From Nitrosopumilus sp. (GTDB taxonomy: Archaea > Thermoproteota > Nitrososphaeria > Nitrososphaerales > Nitrosopumilaceae): a stretch of 64,000 nt of DNA. Positions 1-10,208 of the stretch are shown piece by piece. The stretch is taken from NCBI GenBank assembly GCA_965203315.1, contig OZ241857.1:1440001-1504000 (forward strand). The letters run 5' to 3'. The translations under genes were made by a program, and so were the position numbers. Position 1 is the stretch's first letter. Each line of letters opens with the position of its first letter. The notes under the pieces were generated by a model. That model was not told the origin of the DNA. It did no database searches and saw only the letters and a list, made by a program, of their open reading frames with translations.

Positions 1-860
1 TTTATCATTATATTCATTTATTGCATTTTGATTTATCAGTGAGCCACCACTAGATAATTTATTGGTTGCTATGTATGTAATGTCAGTGCCCTCAATACCA
101 AGTTTATGTATTGTTATGGGTTGATCGTTTGTTACTGGTTTTTGAAACTCTTCCAATAAAATATCTCTTGCATGGTTTATGATCGTCTCTTTTTCTCGGT
201 CATTTAACGAATTGTAAAAACCTGATAGTACGTGATTTATTTGTTCAAGTTTTAAACCATTACTGGTATTAGAATTTAAAATTTTGTCTATGTTATTTTG
301 TGTTTCATTTGGAAACAATTTTGTAATGTTGACAAAAAATACGTTTTTAAAAATATCATTATAGGTAAGAGCTACAAAGTTTTTATTTTCAGCATAATAT
401 CGTTCGTTTAATCTAGTACTTGCTGAACGATCATTTTTAAACTTGAATGACTTTTGATCTATCAAGTATATATGATTTGGCGTGATGTATGATACAGTAT
501 CTCTACCCACAATAAATGATTCATGGTTTGTTTTATTACTGAGCATATCAATTAATGTTATACCCATGAATTTTACATCTCTATTGATATTCAATACGTA
601 ATGCCATTTATGAGGCAGATCTGTACCATTATACTCATAGCTGAGATGTGGGAGCTTTTTATTATTGCCGTCTAAAGTGGTTGACGTTATAATGTAGAGT
701 GTATCATTAATTAATATTGAGTCAGTAAGAATACCGTCTATATACAAGTCTTTTTGATCTAGTATATTTCCATTATATACCTCTAATGTTATAACATGTG
801 TGATATCTTGCTTTGTTTCATCACGAAAGTTGTACAGGATTACAAGCGTATTATCATATA
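1..860 (-). pseudogene. C-terminal part of a beta-propeller (Beta_propel-like) secreted/membrane protein gene split by IS630; runs off the window start
   Basis: Manual minus-strand translation is open from 860 to 1 (YDNTLVIL...TIHKLGIEGTDITYIAT...SLINQNAINEYND), resembling the beta-propeller family motifs. It joins 2394..3011 in frame when the IS and one TA are removed. Confidence 0.75.
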
Positions 861-2393
861 TAGTCACGAACATAATTATTTTCCGGTTCGTTGTTAAGCA
901 ATCGTGTTGCCTTTTGTTAATCGTGTAGCTCAAATCACAACGATTATCATAAAATACGAAAAAAGTCAGATAAATTTTGATTTGTTGTAAAGATATTCAC
1001 GCCAATACACAAAACAATCAAAATTTTATGGTCGTCTGCATGATTTATTCTTGCACGACACAATGATTTTTGTAATTTCAAGCTATATTTTTGGCGTAAT
1101 TATCTTTCTCTTAAGACAACCCATGACATTTGCGTTGCATTTCATGATTTTCATAGTTTCATCTGCATGTTTCTCTAGAGATCGTAGTGTTTTAAAGACT
1201 TTGTTGACTGGAGTATATTGTCTAAACTGTTTCCAGAGTGCTTCTGATGCATTGAGTTCAGGAACAGCAGCTGGTAATTGCACTAACTTTATGTTATTTT
1301 CTTTTGCAAATCGTCTACTTATTTGACTAGTGTGACAGGATGCACCGTCAAGGATGAGTATTATTGGTTCTATCATGGGACGCATCTTTCGTATGATCTT
1401 CATAAATGCTATAAAGTCTTTAGAATTTGCTGAATGACGTATTGTATGACATATTTTTCCGTTAGTGCTGATTCCTCCAAATATTGTTATTCTCTCAGCT
1501 TTTCCTGCTACTGCTAGCATGCGTATCTTTTCACCTATCCTTGACCAACTTTTTACACGACGTTTTGTGTGGGTGTTGATGTGCATCTCATCTACTGCCA
1601 TCACTAGAAATCCCATGTTGTTTAGACGTGAAATCCAAGATATGTTGGCTCTTTGGAATTTTTTTATCATTTCATCACTGGCTCGATTAGTGAAATGTAC
1701 TTGGACATAGCTCTTTGCAGAGCGTCTTAGCTCTCTCATTCTGCGTCGTATTGTGCTGGGATGATATCGTACTTTTGTTATATTGAAAACCAACTCTAAA
1801 ATTCTTTGTACTGTTGTGGTGCTGTCGAGTCCCAGTATGTACTCAAACATTCGGTTAGATACTTTTGGTTTCCTTCCTCGACCTGACTTGTCTTTGAGTC
1901 CCTCAATTCCTTCTTTCTGATACCGTGTAATCCAATTAAATACGGTGCGAGGTGTAATTCCTGCCATCTCTGCAGCTTTTACTTGTGTGTAACTAAAATT
2001 TAGTACCATTAGTACAACAATAATTCTTTTTTGTACGTTATGGTTTGGCATGTTTTTGATGTAGTTAACCATATCCTCACATACTTGATTCATTACATAT
2101 CATAAAAGATAGTAACAAATAAACATGTATAGTCAACTAAACATGATCAATTAGTTAATTATTATTGTTCAATACCAACATTAACAAAAATTTAAATTTT
2201 TTGTGCGCCATTGGACATTTTAAATTTTGGTCACTAATCATCTTTGTTTATTTCCAACCATGAACTAATAATCAGTGATTTTTTGTTGTTATTGCCTCGT
2301 ATGTTTTATGATCAATGTGATTTCAACGAGTATGTTGAAAGAAATCACATCATTTGGCAAAAACGAACCGGAAAATAATTATGTTCGTGACTA
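861..2393 (-). mobile_element. IS630-family insertion sequence (1533 bp)
   Basis: Perfect 32-bp terminal inverted repeats TAGTCACGAACATAATTATTTTCCGGTTCGTT at 861-892 and 2362-2393. TA target duplication at 859-860 and 2394-2395. Encodes an IS630 transposase. Confidence 0.93.
1083..2093 (-). CDS. IS630-family transposase
   Basis: N-terminal HTH (AAEMAGITPRTVFNWITRY...GRGRKPK); DDE triad AVDEMH / LDGASCH / ELNASEALWK. Confidence 0.93.
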   Translation of the reverse strand: MNQVCEDMVNYIKNMPNHNVQKRIIVVLMVLNFSYTQVKAAEMAGITPRTVFNWITRYQKEGIEGLKDKSGRGRKPKVSNRMFEYILGLDSTTTVQRILELVFNITKVRYHPSTIRRRMRELRRSAKSYVQVHFTNRASDEMIKKFQRANISWISRLNNMGFLVMAVDEMHINTHTKRRVKSWSRIGEKIRMLAVAGKAERITIFGGISTNGKICHTIRHSANSKDFIAFMKIIRKMRPMIEPIILILDGASCHTSQISRRFAKENNIKLVQLPAAVPELNASEALWKQFRQYTPVNKVFKTLRSLEKHADETMKIMKCNANVMGCLKRKIITPKI

Positions 2394-3011
2394 TAGATAC
2401 ATCTCTTGTATAGAATTTGCATCCATTTTATCACTGATATTTGAAAATAATGTTTGAGATATTATGTGAGTTTGATTGGGAGGATTGATATCAAATATAG
2501 TCAAATTACCATTAGAAGCAACATACATATGCGCATTGTCGTGTTTAATATAATCTGATTTGTCTATTATATAATCAGGATGGTTCAAGAAATAATGATC
2601 AGAATTATATCTAATATTGGTATAATGAGGCGGTTCAGAATGAAGTACCAATTGTTGTGTTTCAAAATTTAATGGTAATTTATCAATAGAACCAAAAAAT
2701 TCATTTATGAAATGTGACTCAAACAACATATCATTTATGTTTTGTATTTTGGGGTGTTCTTTTAATAGTTTATCAAGACCTGAATCATCTATTATAAAAG
2801 GTAGTGATTTAGCGTCTCTTTCAATAAATAGTTTTGTTATATGATCTTGTATGTTTTGATAAAAACCGTCATCAAATTCATATTCTGCGCTAGTGTTGAC
2901 TGCTTGACCAATTAATTCACTAGAATTTATTGTAATGTCTAAATACAATACAACTGTATATACTGATATAATTGATATAATACCTAATATTATAACATAA
3001 TATGTATTCAT
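2391..3011 (-). pseudogene. N-terminal part of the IS630-split beta-propeller protein (N-terminal TM/signal segment)
   Basis: Hydrophobic N-terminus; DYIKHDNAHMYVASNGNLTIFDINPP motif; the TAG stop is created at the IS junction. Confidence 0.75.
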
Positions 3012-3228
3012 ATATTATGTGCAACAATACATCATTTATAAAGATATTATATATTGTCATAAGATGTTATGTACAATCCATATGGGCTCATACATAACAA
3101 AAAATCAAAAACTACAAGTGTTATTACTAATGGTTAAGGATAGTATTATTTTTAATCGATATTTGGAGAAATTTAAATTTGTGCGCAATGCTTGTTGACA
3201 GAATTCTAACTGTACAGTTTGTCACACA

Positions 3229-3777
3229 TCATACAAAAGATCTCCAGATAATCTTCTCGCCTGGCTTTAGTAGTGATTTGGCTCTCTTTGGTAGAGCAGG
3301 GTTTTTGAATGATCCTTTGCTACGAGATCTGGATACTATAACATTGGTATCAAAGTTACAAGTAAGTGTATTTGGATTGATGGTAGGCACCTTTACGATC
3401 TTGGCAGCTTGGAGCAGACCATGATCGCTTGTGACCAGAATGGTCTTGAGACGTAATGCATATGCAAGAATCTCACTATCCCCAGGATGGAGAGTTGGAC
3501 ATCTCTTCAAGAGGTCTTTGGCCATACATCTCAACTCGTTTGTAATCCTACCGTACACAACTTTGGTTTGAAGACTCGACTCGATCTGTCTCACTATGTT
3601 GTCAAAGTTGTATCCATTTTTAGTAGCCTCGATCTGAGTTCTAGAAGTTAGATGAATGACAGAGTTTTGAAACTCGATTCTGCACTTGAGAAGATTCTCG
3701 AGGTTCTTGATCTCACGCATACTTATCCCTACACACGTATCAAAGGTAAATCCATTACCTGATCGATTCGCTTTCAT
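3229..3777 (-). CDS. PIN-domain protein (paralog 1)
   Basis: FTFDTCVGI, LHPGDSEILAYA and LVTSDHGL match the PIN-fold acidic motifs. Start chosen at ATG 3777. Confidence 0.75.
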   Translation of the reverse strand: MKANRSGNGFTFDTCVGISMREIKNLENLLKCRIEFQNSVIHLTSRTQIEATKNGYNFDNIVRQIESSLQTKVVYGRITNELRCMAKDLLKRCPTLHPGDSEILAYALRLKTILVTSDHGLLQAAKIVKVPTINPNTLTCNFDTNVIVSRSRSKGSFKNPALPKRAKSLLKPGEKIIWRSFV

Positions 3778-3868
3778 ACCAACTATACATAATATCATCT
3801 AATAAGAAATTCGTATCTTTGATCCATGACACCGTAGATACAGTAGATATGGATACAAAAAAAGAGCC

Positions 3869-4429
3869 TCAAGCAACGCTTGAGGTGGAGGAGATGGATT
3901 TTGTTCTTGTATTTAATACATCTTGAACATGAGCGTTGATGTTAGACTGCTCGCCTCTTACGATACATGCATACCTAGATACTGGGTTTGGCACGTTGGT
4001 ATCGGATGCAAGTATGTCTGGATTGACAACGTTGACATCTGCAAGATTAGCTGCTTCAGCTAGGCCCCTGTCACAAGTAACCAGAGTTGTTTGATTGAGT
4101 TTTGAATCTGCAAGGATTAGACTATCTGCATCATGAAGCATTGGGCATGTTACTTGGAGGGATTTTGCAATGTTTCTAATCTCTTCAGTAGCTGTAGTGT
4201 ATACTATATCTACTCCTAGACATCTGTGGATATGTGTAGAGACACTGGCAAAGTCATATCCTTTGTTGGTTAGCTCTAATGCGGTCTGGGAGGTTAGGCG
4301 AACTATGGAATCTTCACAATCGAGCCTACATGAAAGGAGGCTTACAAAGTTGGGATTATCGACCATCTTGATGCCGATACACGTATCGAAGGTGTATCTA
4401 TTTTCGACTTGTTCGTACTTTTGACTCAT
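3869..4429 (-). CDS. PIN-domain protein (paralog 2)
   Basis: YTFDTCIGI, LHDADSLILADS and LVTCDRGL; alignable by eye with 3229..3777. Confidence 0.78.
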   Translation of the reverse strand: MSQKYEQVENRYTFDTCIGIKMVDNPNFVSLLSCRLDCEDSIVRLTSQTALELTNKGYDFASVSTHIHRCLGVDIVYTTATEEIRNIAKSLQVTCPMLHDADSLILADSKLNQTTLVTCDRGLAEAANLADVNVVNPDILASDTNVPNPVSRYACIVRGEQSNINAHVQDVLNTRTKSISSTSSVA

Positions 4430-4614
4430 ACATTATCTATATCCTAGTTATTAATAAGAGTATCTTTTTTTATATAAAAAGAGCTTTTTTAGTATATAAG
4501 TGACATATAACATCCACTGAGAGATATCTGAAGTCTAAATCATAATCAAAAAGACTTTTTTCATAAAAAACAGGCTTTCATAGGGTTTTTAACTACTAAT
4601 TATCAATAAAATGC

Positions 4615-5883
4615 ATGGTAGAAGAGATCCAAGTCATGCCCATGCAGCAGAGGCAAATAAGAGAACTTGTAAAAGACTCGGAAAAATTCTTGACGCCAAA
4701 CGACTTTCTAAAATCAGCGATCGAGATCCTATTGGCATGGGAGAGTGAGCATCCCGAAGACTGTATCGAGTTGATAAAAAATCTTCGACCACTGTCAGAG
4801 AAACAAGAACAGATCAACATAAACACAAAGAGAACTGAAGAGTCTGTTGATCCAAGTATCTATGAGAATGTGAATCAACAATCTATCGGTTCAACTGAAC
4901 CGCGAGATGTCCATATCCAAGAGAGTGAACGCAGACTATTAGACTATGATCACAAAGTCGTAGAAAACTTTGGAGATACTATAAAGTATATCGAGTCGCT
5001 AGAGATAACAAAACCACAAAATCTAATTCCATACGACGAATATCCAATACTATCACTAAGTTATCGAAGATTTCTGCCAACAAAACTTACAATGTACATG
5101 CTCGCGTATCTACTTGCAAGTAAGAGAACCACAAAAGTCGAACTGAAAGAGATTCGTGTTTACGCGTATAATATGTTAGAAGAGTATGGAGAGATGATCA
5201 GAAGATATGAAAAAGAGCATGATATCCCAAGAAATAACAAGTTATCTACTAGTCTCCCAAGAAAGACGGACTCTGACGACGAACGAGATTTAGAGACAAA
5301 GATTCGAATAAAAGATATTGAGATAGGAAAGACACGTAATAGCAGAATCCTAGATGGAAGATATTTTGATGGAGCATTATCTGCAATGGGATTGGTATAT
5401 GCATTTGAAGAGTTTGATAAAGAGTTTATATCATTAACTGAGTTTGGAAAGAGATTCATCCTTATCGATAATCCAATATTTCCTAAACACGACTTTACAC
5501 GCGGTGCATTATCAACACAAGAGGCAGAGTTTATTCTAAAGGAGATTATTCCACAACGAGAGTTAGAATACAGTATAGTTCAAAAGATAATAAAGACTGT
5601 ACGAGAGTTTGATCCCGAGAGATCAAATCCCAAAGTAGATTTGGAGACATTAGAATCAGAGATTCACTCCACAATTAAAGAGTACATAGCTAAGGATAAA
5701 TCAGCTGCTGAAAAGTACAACATTGCACATCTGGATATAGATGATGACAAAACAAAGAGAAGGATCGAACATATCCGACTAGTTACTATGGGTAGGCTGT
5801 CAGAGTTGGGAATAATACGATGGGAGATCACTCCCGATAGTGTATCAAAGTACTCTCTAGTAGACCAACATAATACATTCTAA
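4615..5883 (+). CDS. Hypothetical protein, possible N-terminal ribbon-helix-helix and winged-helix-like segments
   Basis: 422-aa ORF; N-terminus QIRELVKDSEKFLTPNDFLKSAIEILL is RHH-like; ISLTEFGKRF and RLSELGII are wHTH-like. Confidence 0.7.
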   Translation: MVEEIQVMPMQQRQIRELVKDSEKFLTPNDFLKSAIEILLAWESEHPEDCIELIKNLRPLSEKQEQININTKRTEESVDPSIYENVNQQSIGSTEPRDVHIQESERRLLDYDHKVVENFGDTIKYIESLEITKPQNLIPYDEYPILSLSYRRFLPTKLTMYMLAYLLASKRTTKVELKEIRVYAYNMLEEYGEMIRRYEKEHDIPRNNKLSTSLPRKTDSDDERDLETKIRIKDIEIGKTRNSRILDGRYFDGALSAMGLVYAFEEFDKEFISLTEFGKRFILIDNPIFPKHDFTRGALSTQEAEFILKEIIPQRELEYSIVQKIIKTVREFDPERSNPKVDLETLESEIHSTIKEYIAKDKSAAEKYNIAHLDIDDDKTKRRIEHIRLVTMGRLSELGIIRWEITPDSVSKYSLVDQHNTF

Positions 5884-5916
5884 AGAGATTTAATACTTTT
5901 AAAAATATGATCATAC

Positions 5917-6564
5917 ATGACCAAAGCTCTGGTTCTAGGAGGTTCACGAGGAATAGGCTCTGCAATCGCGAGGGCACTAGAGTCTATAGAGATAGATGTA
6001 TTCGCTGCATCAAGTAATGATATCGATACCTCAGATCTGGATAGTGTGGATCAATTTGTTAAAGATCATGATACAACAGACATTCTGGTTCTAAATACTG
6101 GAGGTCCGCCTCCAAAACACTTTGAGATGATAACTAGGGATGACTGGCTGAAATATCACAATCAGCTGTTTTTGGGATTCTGTACTATACTTCAAAAGAT
6201 GACAATAAACGATGGTGGCTACATCTTTGTGATAACATCTAATATCATCAAGGAACCCAATCCAAAACTAGTGCTCTCCTCAGCATATCGTGCTGCATTT
6301 ACAGCTGTATTCAAGACTCAGAGTATAGAGTATGCAAAGCGAGATATATCTTGTATAAACATCGCGCCAGGTCCTATTCATACTGACCGAACAGGAGAGC
6401 TGATAAACGACATTGAACAGTTTAAAGAGACACTACCTATGAAACGGTTAGGTAAACCAGACGAGATTGGCAACTTTGTAAAGAGTATAATACAAAATAG
6501 GATAAAGTATCTGTCAGGAGTTGTAATCAACTTTGACGGTGCAGACTCGAGTTTTATCTTTTAG
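5917..6564 (+). CDS. SDR-family oxidoreductase
   Basis: GGSRGIG Rossmann motif, LNTGGP, NIAPGPIHT, PMKRLG. Confidence 0.9.
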   Translation: MTKALVLGGSRGIGSAIARALESIEIDVFAASSNDIDTSDLDSVDQFVKDHDTTDILVLNTGGPPPKHFEMITRDDWLKYHNQLFLGFCTILQKMTINDGGYIFVITSNIIKEPNPKLVLSSAYRAAFTAVFKTQSIEYAKRDISCINIAPGPIHTDRTGELINDIEQFKETLPMKRLGKPDEIGNFVKSIIQNRIKYLSGVVINFDGADSSFIF

Positions 6565-7203
6565 CTATTTTCTAAACTCTACATTTGGAACGTCCGGCTG
6601 ACCAGCAATCACTACAAGACCACCATCTCGTAGCTGTTGTAATAGTTGCATGACTTCCTTCTCTACTTGACCTCGCTGCAGACCTGTCTGTTGTGCAAAT
6701 ATCTCTACCAGATCGGTAACCTTTCTCTGGCCATTACAAGATTTCCAAAAATCAACGATTGCTTGATTTACCATAAATCCTTGCTCGTGTTCATTTGCAA
6801 GTATCATTGAACCATCCTCTTGTTTTATGATCTGGCCTACACCTTGCGGCAGTGCTGTCTCGTAGTTTATCGGAGCGGGAGTATTCATTGGAGATCCCAT
6901 GCTCTTCAACTTTAGTTTTGCATCTTCAGACATCTTGTCCATCGACCAAGGTGGATCCCAGACAATATCGATCTTTACATTATTTACGCCTGGCACCTTT
7001 TTGACATATCGTGTAGCATCCGATACCAGAGTATCATGTAGTGGACAACCTTGAGTGGTCATAGTCATCTGTATATTGACGTCATTGTTATCTGCCACGT
7101 TGATCCCATATACAAGACCCATCTCGATTATGTTGAGTGGAACTTCGGGATCCATACACTGTTTTAGTGATTCCTTTATAGCTTGTTCAGTTATTGTACC
7201 CAT
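6565..7203 (-). CDS. DUF59/SufT-like Fe-S assembly protein fused to a C-terminal PqqD-like domain
   Basis: DPEVPLNIIEMGLVY, TTQGCP, WDPPWS; C-terminus VNQAIVDFWKSCNGQRKVTDLV...LQQLRDGGLV is PqqD-like. Confidence 0.85.
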   Translation of the reverse strand: MGTITEQAIKESLKQCMDPEVPLNIIEMGLVYGINVADNNDVNIQMTMTTQGCPLHDTLVSDATRYVKKVPGVNNVKIDIVWDPPWSMDKMSEDAKLKLKSMGSPMNTPAPINYETALPQGVGQIIKQEDGSMILANEHEQGFMVNQAIVDFWKSCNGQRKVTDLVEIFAQQTGLQRGQVEKEVMQLLQQLRDGGLVVIAGQPDVPNVEFRK

Positions 7204-7289
7204 ATTTCTACAAGAAGATTAAAAACAATAAAAACTTTTTAAAATCAGACTGTTCATAGATATGTCTACAAAGTGAGCATCGTATCGAC

Positions 7290-7385
7290 ATTAAAAGTTA
7301 GTTTAGACTAATTTTATCGACATCCTTTTTGGTGTGGAGGATTATGGCATTATTCAATTATTAAAAGTTAGTTTAGACTAATTTT
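7290..7385. promoter_or_regulatory. Two identical 26-bp direct repeats, each a TATA-like TTAAAA plus an imperfect palindrome TTAGTTTAGACTAA (DtxR/MntR-type operator candidate)
   Basis: ATTAAAAGTTAGTTTAGACTAATTTT at 7290-7315 and 7360-7385; 18/22 dyad symmetry. Confidence 0.55.
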
Positions 7386-7823
7386 TTATCATCACACATG
7401 TTGATCTCTAGATCATTTCTCTCGAGATATACTTGGGAGTCTGCCAAGCAGTTTAATACATTGCTATCTTTATGAATCGACTATACGTTCAAATCGTTTC
7501 GTGGATAATTTACTATCTGTAAATTCTCTAGTTCTATTTTGAATATTATGTAGTCACATGTATGAACAATAAGAATTATTTTAGATGATATTTACGCAGT
7601 TGTCAATCTGTCTGTTGAATAATAGTATGAACTTTATTGAAATTAATTTATCCAAAATATCTAGTATCTAATTGTATTCAAAATGAGAATAATACTTGAT
7701 ATAAAATACACGTGATTTTTGTGTATGAATATACATTTTATGTTTACTTGTGTGTCACTTTAAGATTTTTGGTTAGATCTATTAATCTACTACGAGTTTA
7801 GAGAATTCACTATATCATCGGTA

Positions 7824-8828
7824 TCAGAGCCAATGTGATCTCTCTAGATATTCATCTATCTCTTCACCATGTAATAATTTGATTAGTGCATTTGCCTGTG
7901 GTGTTGATAGTACAGGTTTACTAAATTTGTTATCAGTAGATATTCTGGGACATGCTACCTGAATAAATGCATCAATGCCCTTTAGATTCATTAATCGTTC
8001 ATTTGTAATATCAGTTAGTGCAAAGAGTTGAACTTGAAGGCCCAACTCTTCTAATTCTCTCTTTATCTGTAGTGCAAAGACTTTGGAGAGCTGACCCTCC
8101 TTGAGTCCTACTATAACACCAAATGACTTGGCATCCATTGCTTTGTATATGGCAAGAGTTGCCTTTCGTTTCAACTTTTGTGCAAACTCTGATATCTCTC
8201 TAACTTCATTAAAGTGTGGATCAAGTACATATGTGGGCAATCCCGTTGATAGTACAATTCCTGCTGCATGAAAGTTACTCTGTCCTAAAAATACAAAACA
8301 ATCAACATCTTGTTTTAGTTTCACAGCTGGATAAAACTCGCAACCAAATACCTGACCATCATTTAATTGCCCGCCCCCGCTTCCAACCTTTACAATGATG
8401 TTGTGATCTTTTAGAATCTTTGCCACTCTATCTATCTGATGTAGATGTTGACTGTCTGTAACCAAACCTATCGTCTTATTAGATAATATAATACCACACT
8501 TTTCTGCTACATCATCAAATTCTACATCATCAAATGCGTCAACTAGTATTACATCATCAATTCTATCTGTATTTACGGTATGACCTATATTGAATTGAAT
8601 GTCTGCTCCTAAAACTTTACCCGCATTTGAATTGAGATCACAGGTACCCCATGTAGTATCTGCTAGTACATATGCTGGAATTTTATATCGTTTCATAATG
8701 TCTAATGCCATCTCTTGAACTTGAGCTAGTATGCCATCAGGGCCATTGAGCGATACTGATGCTGGATTCTTTGACTCGATCTCTCTATAGATCTTTTGTT
8801 TGTCTATTACTATCAAATCATCTTGCAA
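7824..8828 (-). CDS. dph2: Diphthamide biosynthesis enzyme (Dph1/Dph2 family)
   Basis: TTWGTCD, GQVFGCEF, VACPRIS Fe-S cysteine motifs. Confidence 0.92.
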   Translation of the reverse strand: MQDDLIVIDKQKIYREIESKNPASVSLNGPDGILAQVQEMALDIMKRYKIPAYVLADTTWGTCDLNSNAGKVLGADIQFNIGHTVNTDRIDDVILVDAFDDVEFDDVAEKCGIILSNKTIGLVTDSQHLHQIDRVAKILKDHNIIVKVGSGGGQLNDGQVFGCEFYPAVKLKQDVDCFVFLGQSNFHAAGIVLSTGLPTYVLDPHFNEVREISEFAQKLKRKATLAIYKAMDAKSFGVIVGLKEGQLSKVFALQIKRELEELGLQVQLFALTDITNERLMNLKGIDAFIQVACPRISTDNKFSKPVLSTPQANALIKLLHGEEIDEYLERSHWL

Positions 8829-8891
8829 TCTAGTACTAATAATTTAAACCAACATACAAACAAGTAAAAATGTTATAGTTTCATGTTATGT

Positions 8892-10208
8892 ATGGTTAAG
8901 AGTATACTGCACGTTGGTTTTGATGACACCGACTCTCCAAAAGGTATGTGTACTACATTTCTAGCCTACAAGATAGTATCTTCATTGTATAGAACAGCAG
9001 AGTTTCTTGACTTTCCACGACTGATTCGATTTAATCCAAATATACCGTGGAAGACTAGAGGTAATGGTGCAGTATCATTATACATGCGCACTCAAAATCC
9101 CAATGCTGTAAAGAACAAGATAAGACAGATTGTATACAAGTATGCTGATTTAAAGAACGGTGCAAATCCTGGCCTAGTCTTCTTTGAGGGTCAACAAATG
9201 CCAGACGAGTTTGCAAAGTTTGCTAATTTAGCTCTGTGGCAGTTGATCAGTCGTGATTATGTAAAAAAATTTGTAAACAAACATAATTTAGAGTCTACAT
9301 ATTATGGAAATGGTCAAGGACTAGTTGGTGCTGTAGGAGCAATAGGATACAAATTTGGTGATCACACTTTGGAGCTACTAAGTTATAGGAAACGCTCCAA
9401 GTTTGGTAAACCAAGAGTTATCGAACCAATTAGCGTTAAAAATATGCAAGAGCGTACATGGCCTGAAACGTTTTCTAGTTTTGATACAAAAAGAGGCAGA
9501 GTCTTGATTTCACCTCATGGTCCAGATCCTGTGTTTTATGGAATACGTGGTGAGAGTGTCAACTCGTTACTTGTTGCTAGTACGATGATCAAAACTCCGG
9601 AACAACTAGATGGGTTTATGATATTCAGATCAAATCAAGGTACTGGTGATCATCTTCAAAATACTCTAGATCCAAATAAACTCAGACCCTACATGTCTGG
9701 TATCGTAACTGGTACTGTATGTAGTACACCAAAGATCATTCTTGGCGGTCATGTACTGTTTGGTGTTAAAGTGGATGATACATGTGTTTGGTGTGCAGTG
9801 TACAAACCTACTGGAATTACATCTATTGCAACTAGTCTGATGCTAGGAGATCGTATAACAGTAGGCGGAGGAATACGAAAGGCATCTAGAGATCATACCC
9901 GTGTACTCAACGTCGAGTTTGTTAACGTGATATCTCTTACAAAAAAGTTTATCGTACATAATCCCAAATGTATGAAATGTAGCAAGAGTATGAAGTCCAA
10001 AGGCCGAGGTCAAGGATTTGAGTGCATTAGATGCAAGACCAGATCTGATACAAAGACACATGACCTAGTACGTCGTAATATCTCGAAGAGACTCTACCTG
10101 CCAAGTATCTCTGCTCACAGACATCTCAGTCGTCCAGAACAGCGACTAGGCAAAATTAATCATATATCGTTTGAAGGTGACTCTTGGTTGCGTATATACA
10201 AGAGATAG
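8892..10208 (+). CDS. tiaS: tRNA(Ile2) agmatinylcytidine synthetase
   Basis: GFDDTDSPKGMCTT, NPNIPWKTRGNGAV, PHGPDPVFYGIRG, NQGTGDH, C-terminal Zn ribbon, HRHLSRP. Confidence 0.95.
   Translation: MVKSILHVGFDDTDSPKGMCTTFLAYKIVSSLYRTAEFLDFPRLIRFNPNIPWKTRGNGAVSLYMRTQNPNAVKNKIRQIVYKYADLKNGANPGLVFFEGQQMPDEFAKFANLALWQLISRDYVKKFVNKHNLESTYYGNGQGLVGAVGAIGYKFGDHTLELLSYRKRSKFGKPRVIEPISVKNMQERTWPETFSSFDTKRGRVLISPHGPDPVFYGIRGESVNSLLVASTMIKTPEQLDGFMIFRSNQGTGDHLQNTLDPNKLRPYMSGIVTGTVCSTPKIILGGHVLFGVKVDDTCVWCAVYKPTGITSIATSLMLGDRITVGGGIRKASRDHTRVLNVEFVNVISLTKKFIVHNPKCMKCSKSMKSKGRGQGFECIRCKTRSDTKTHDLVRRNISKRLYLPSISAHRHLSRPEQRLGKINHISFEGDSWLRIYKR

Noticed and set aside
7290-7385. Mini CRISPR array (26-bp repeats, 44-bp spacer)
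   Set aside because: Only two repeats, no cas genes in the window, and the repeat looks like TATA plus operator rather than a CRISPR repeat.
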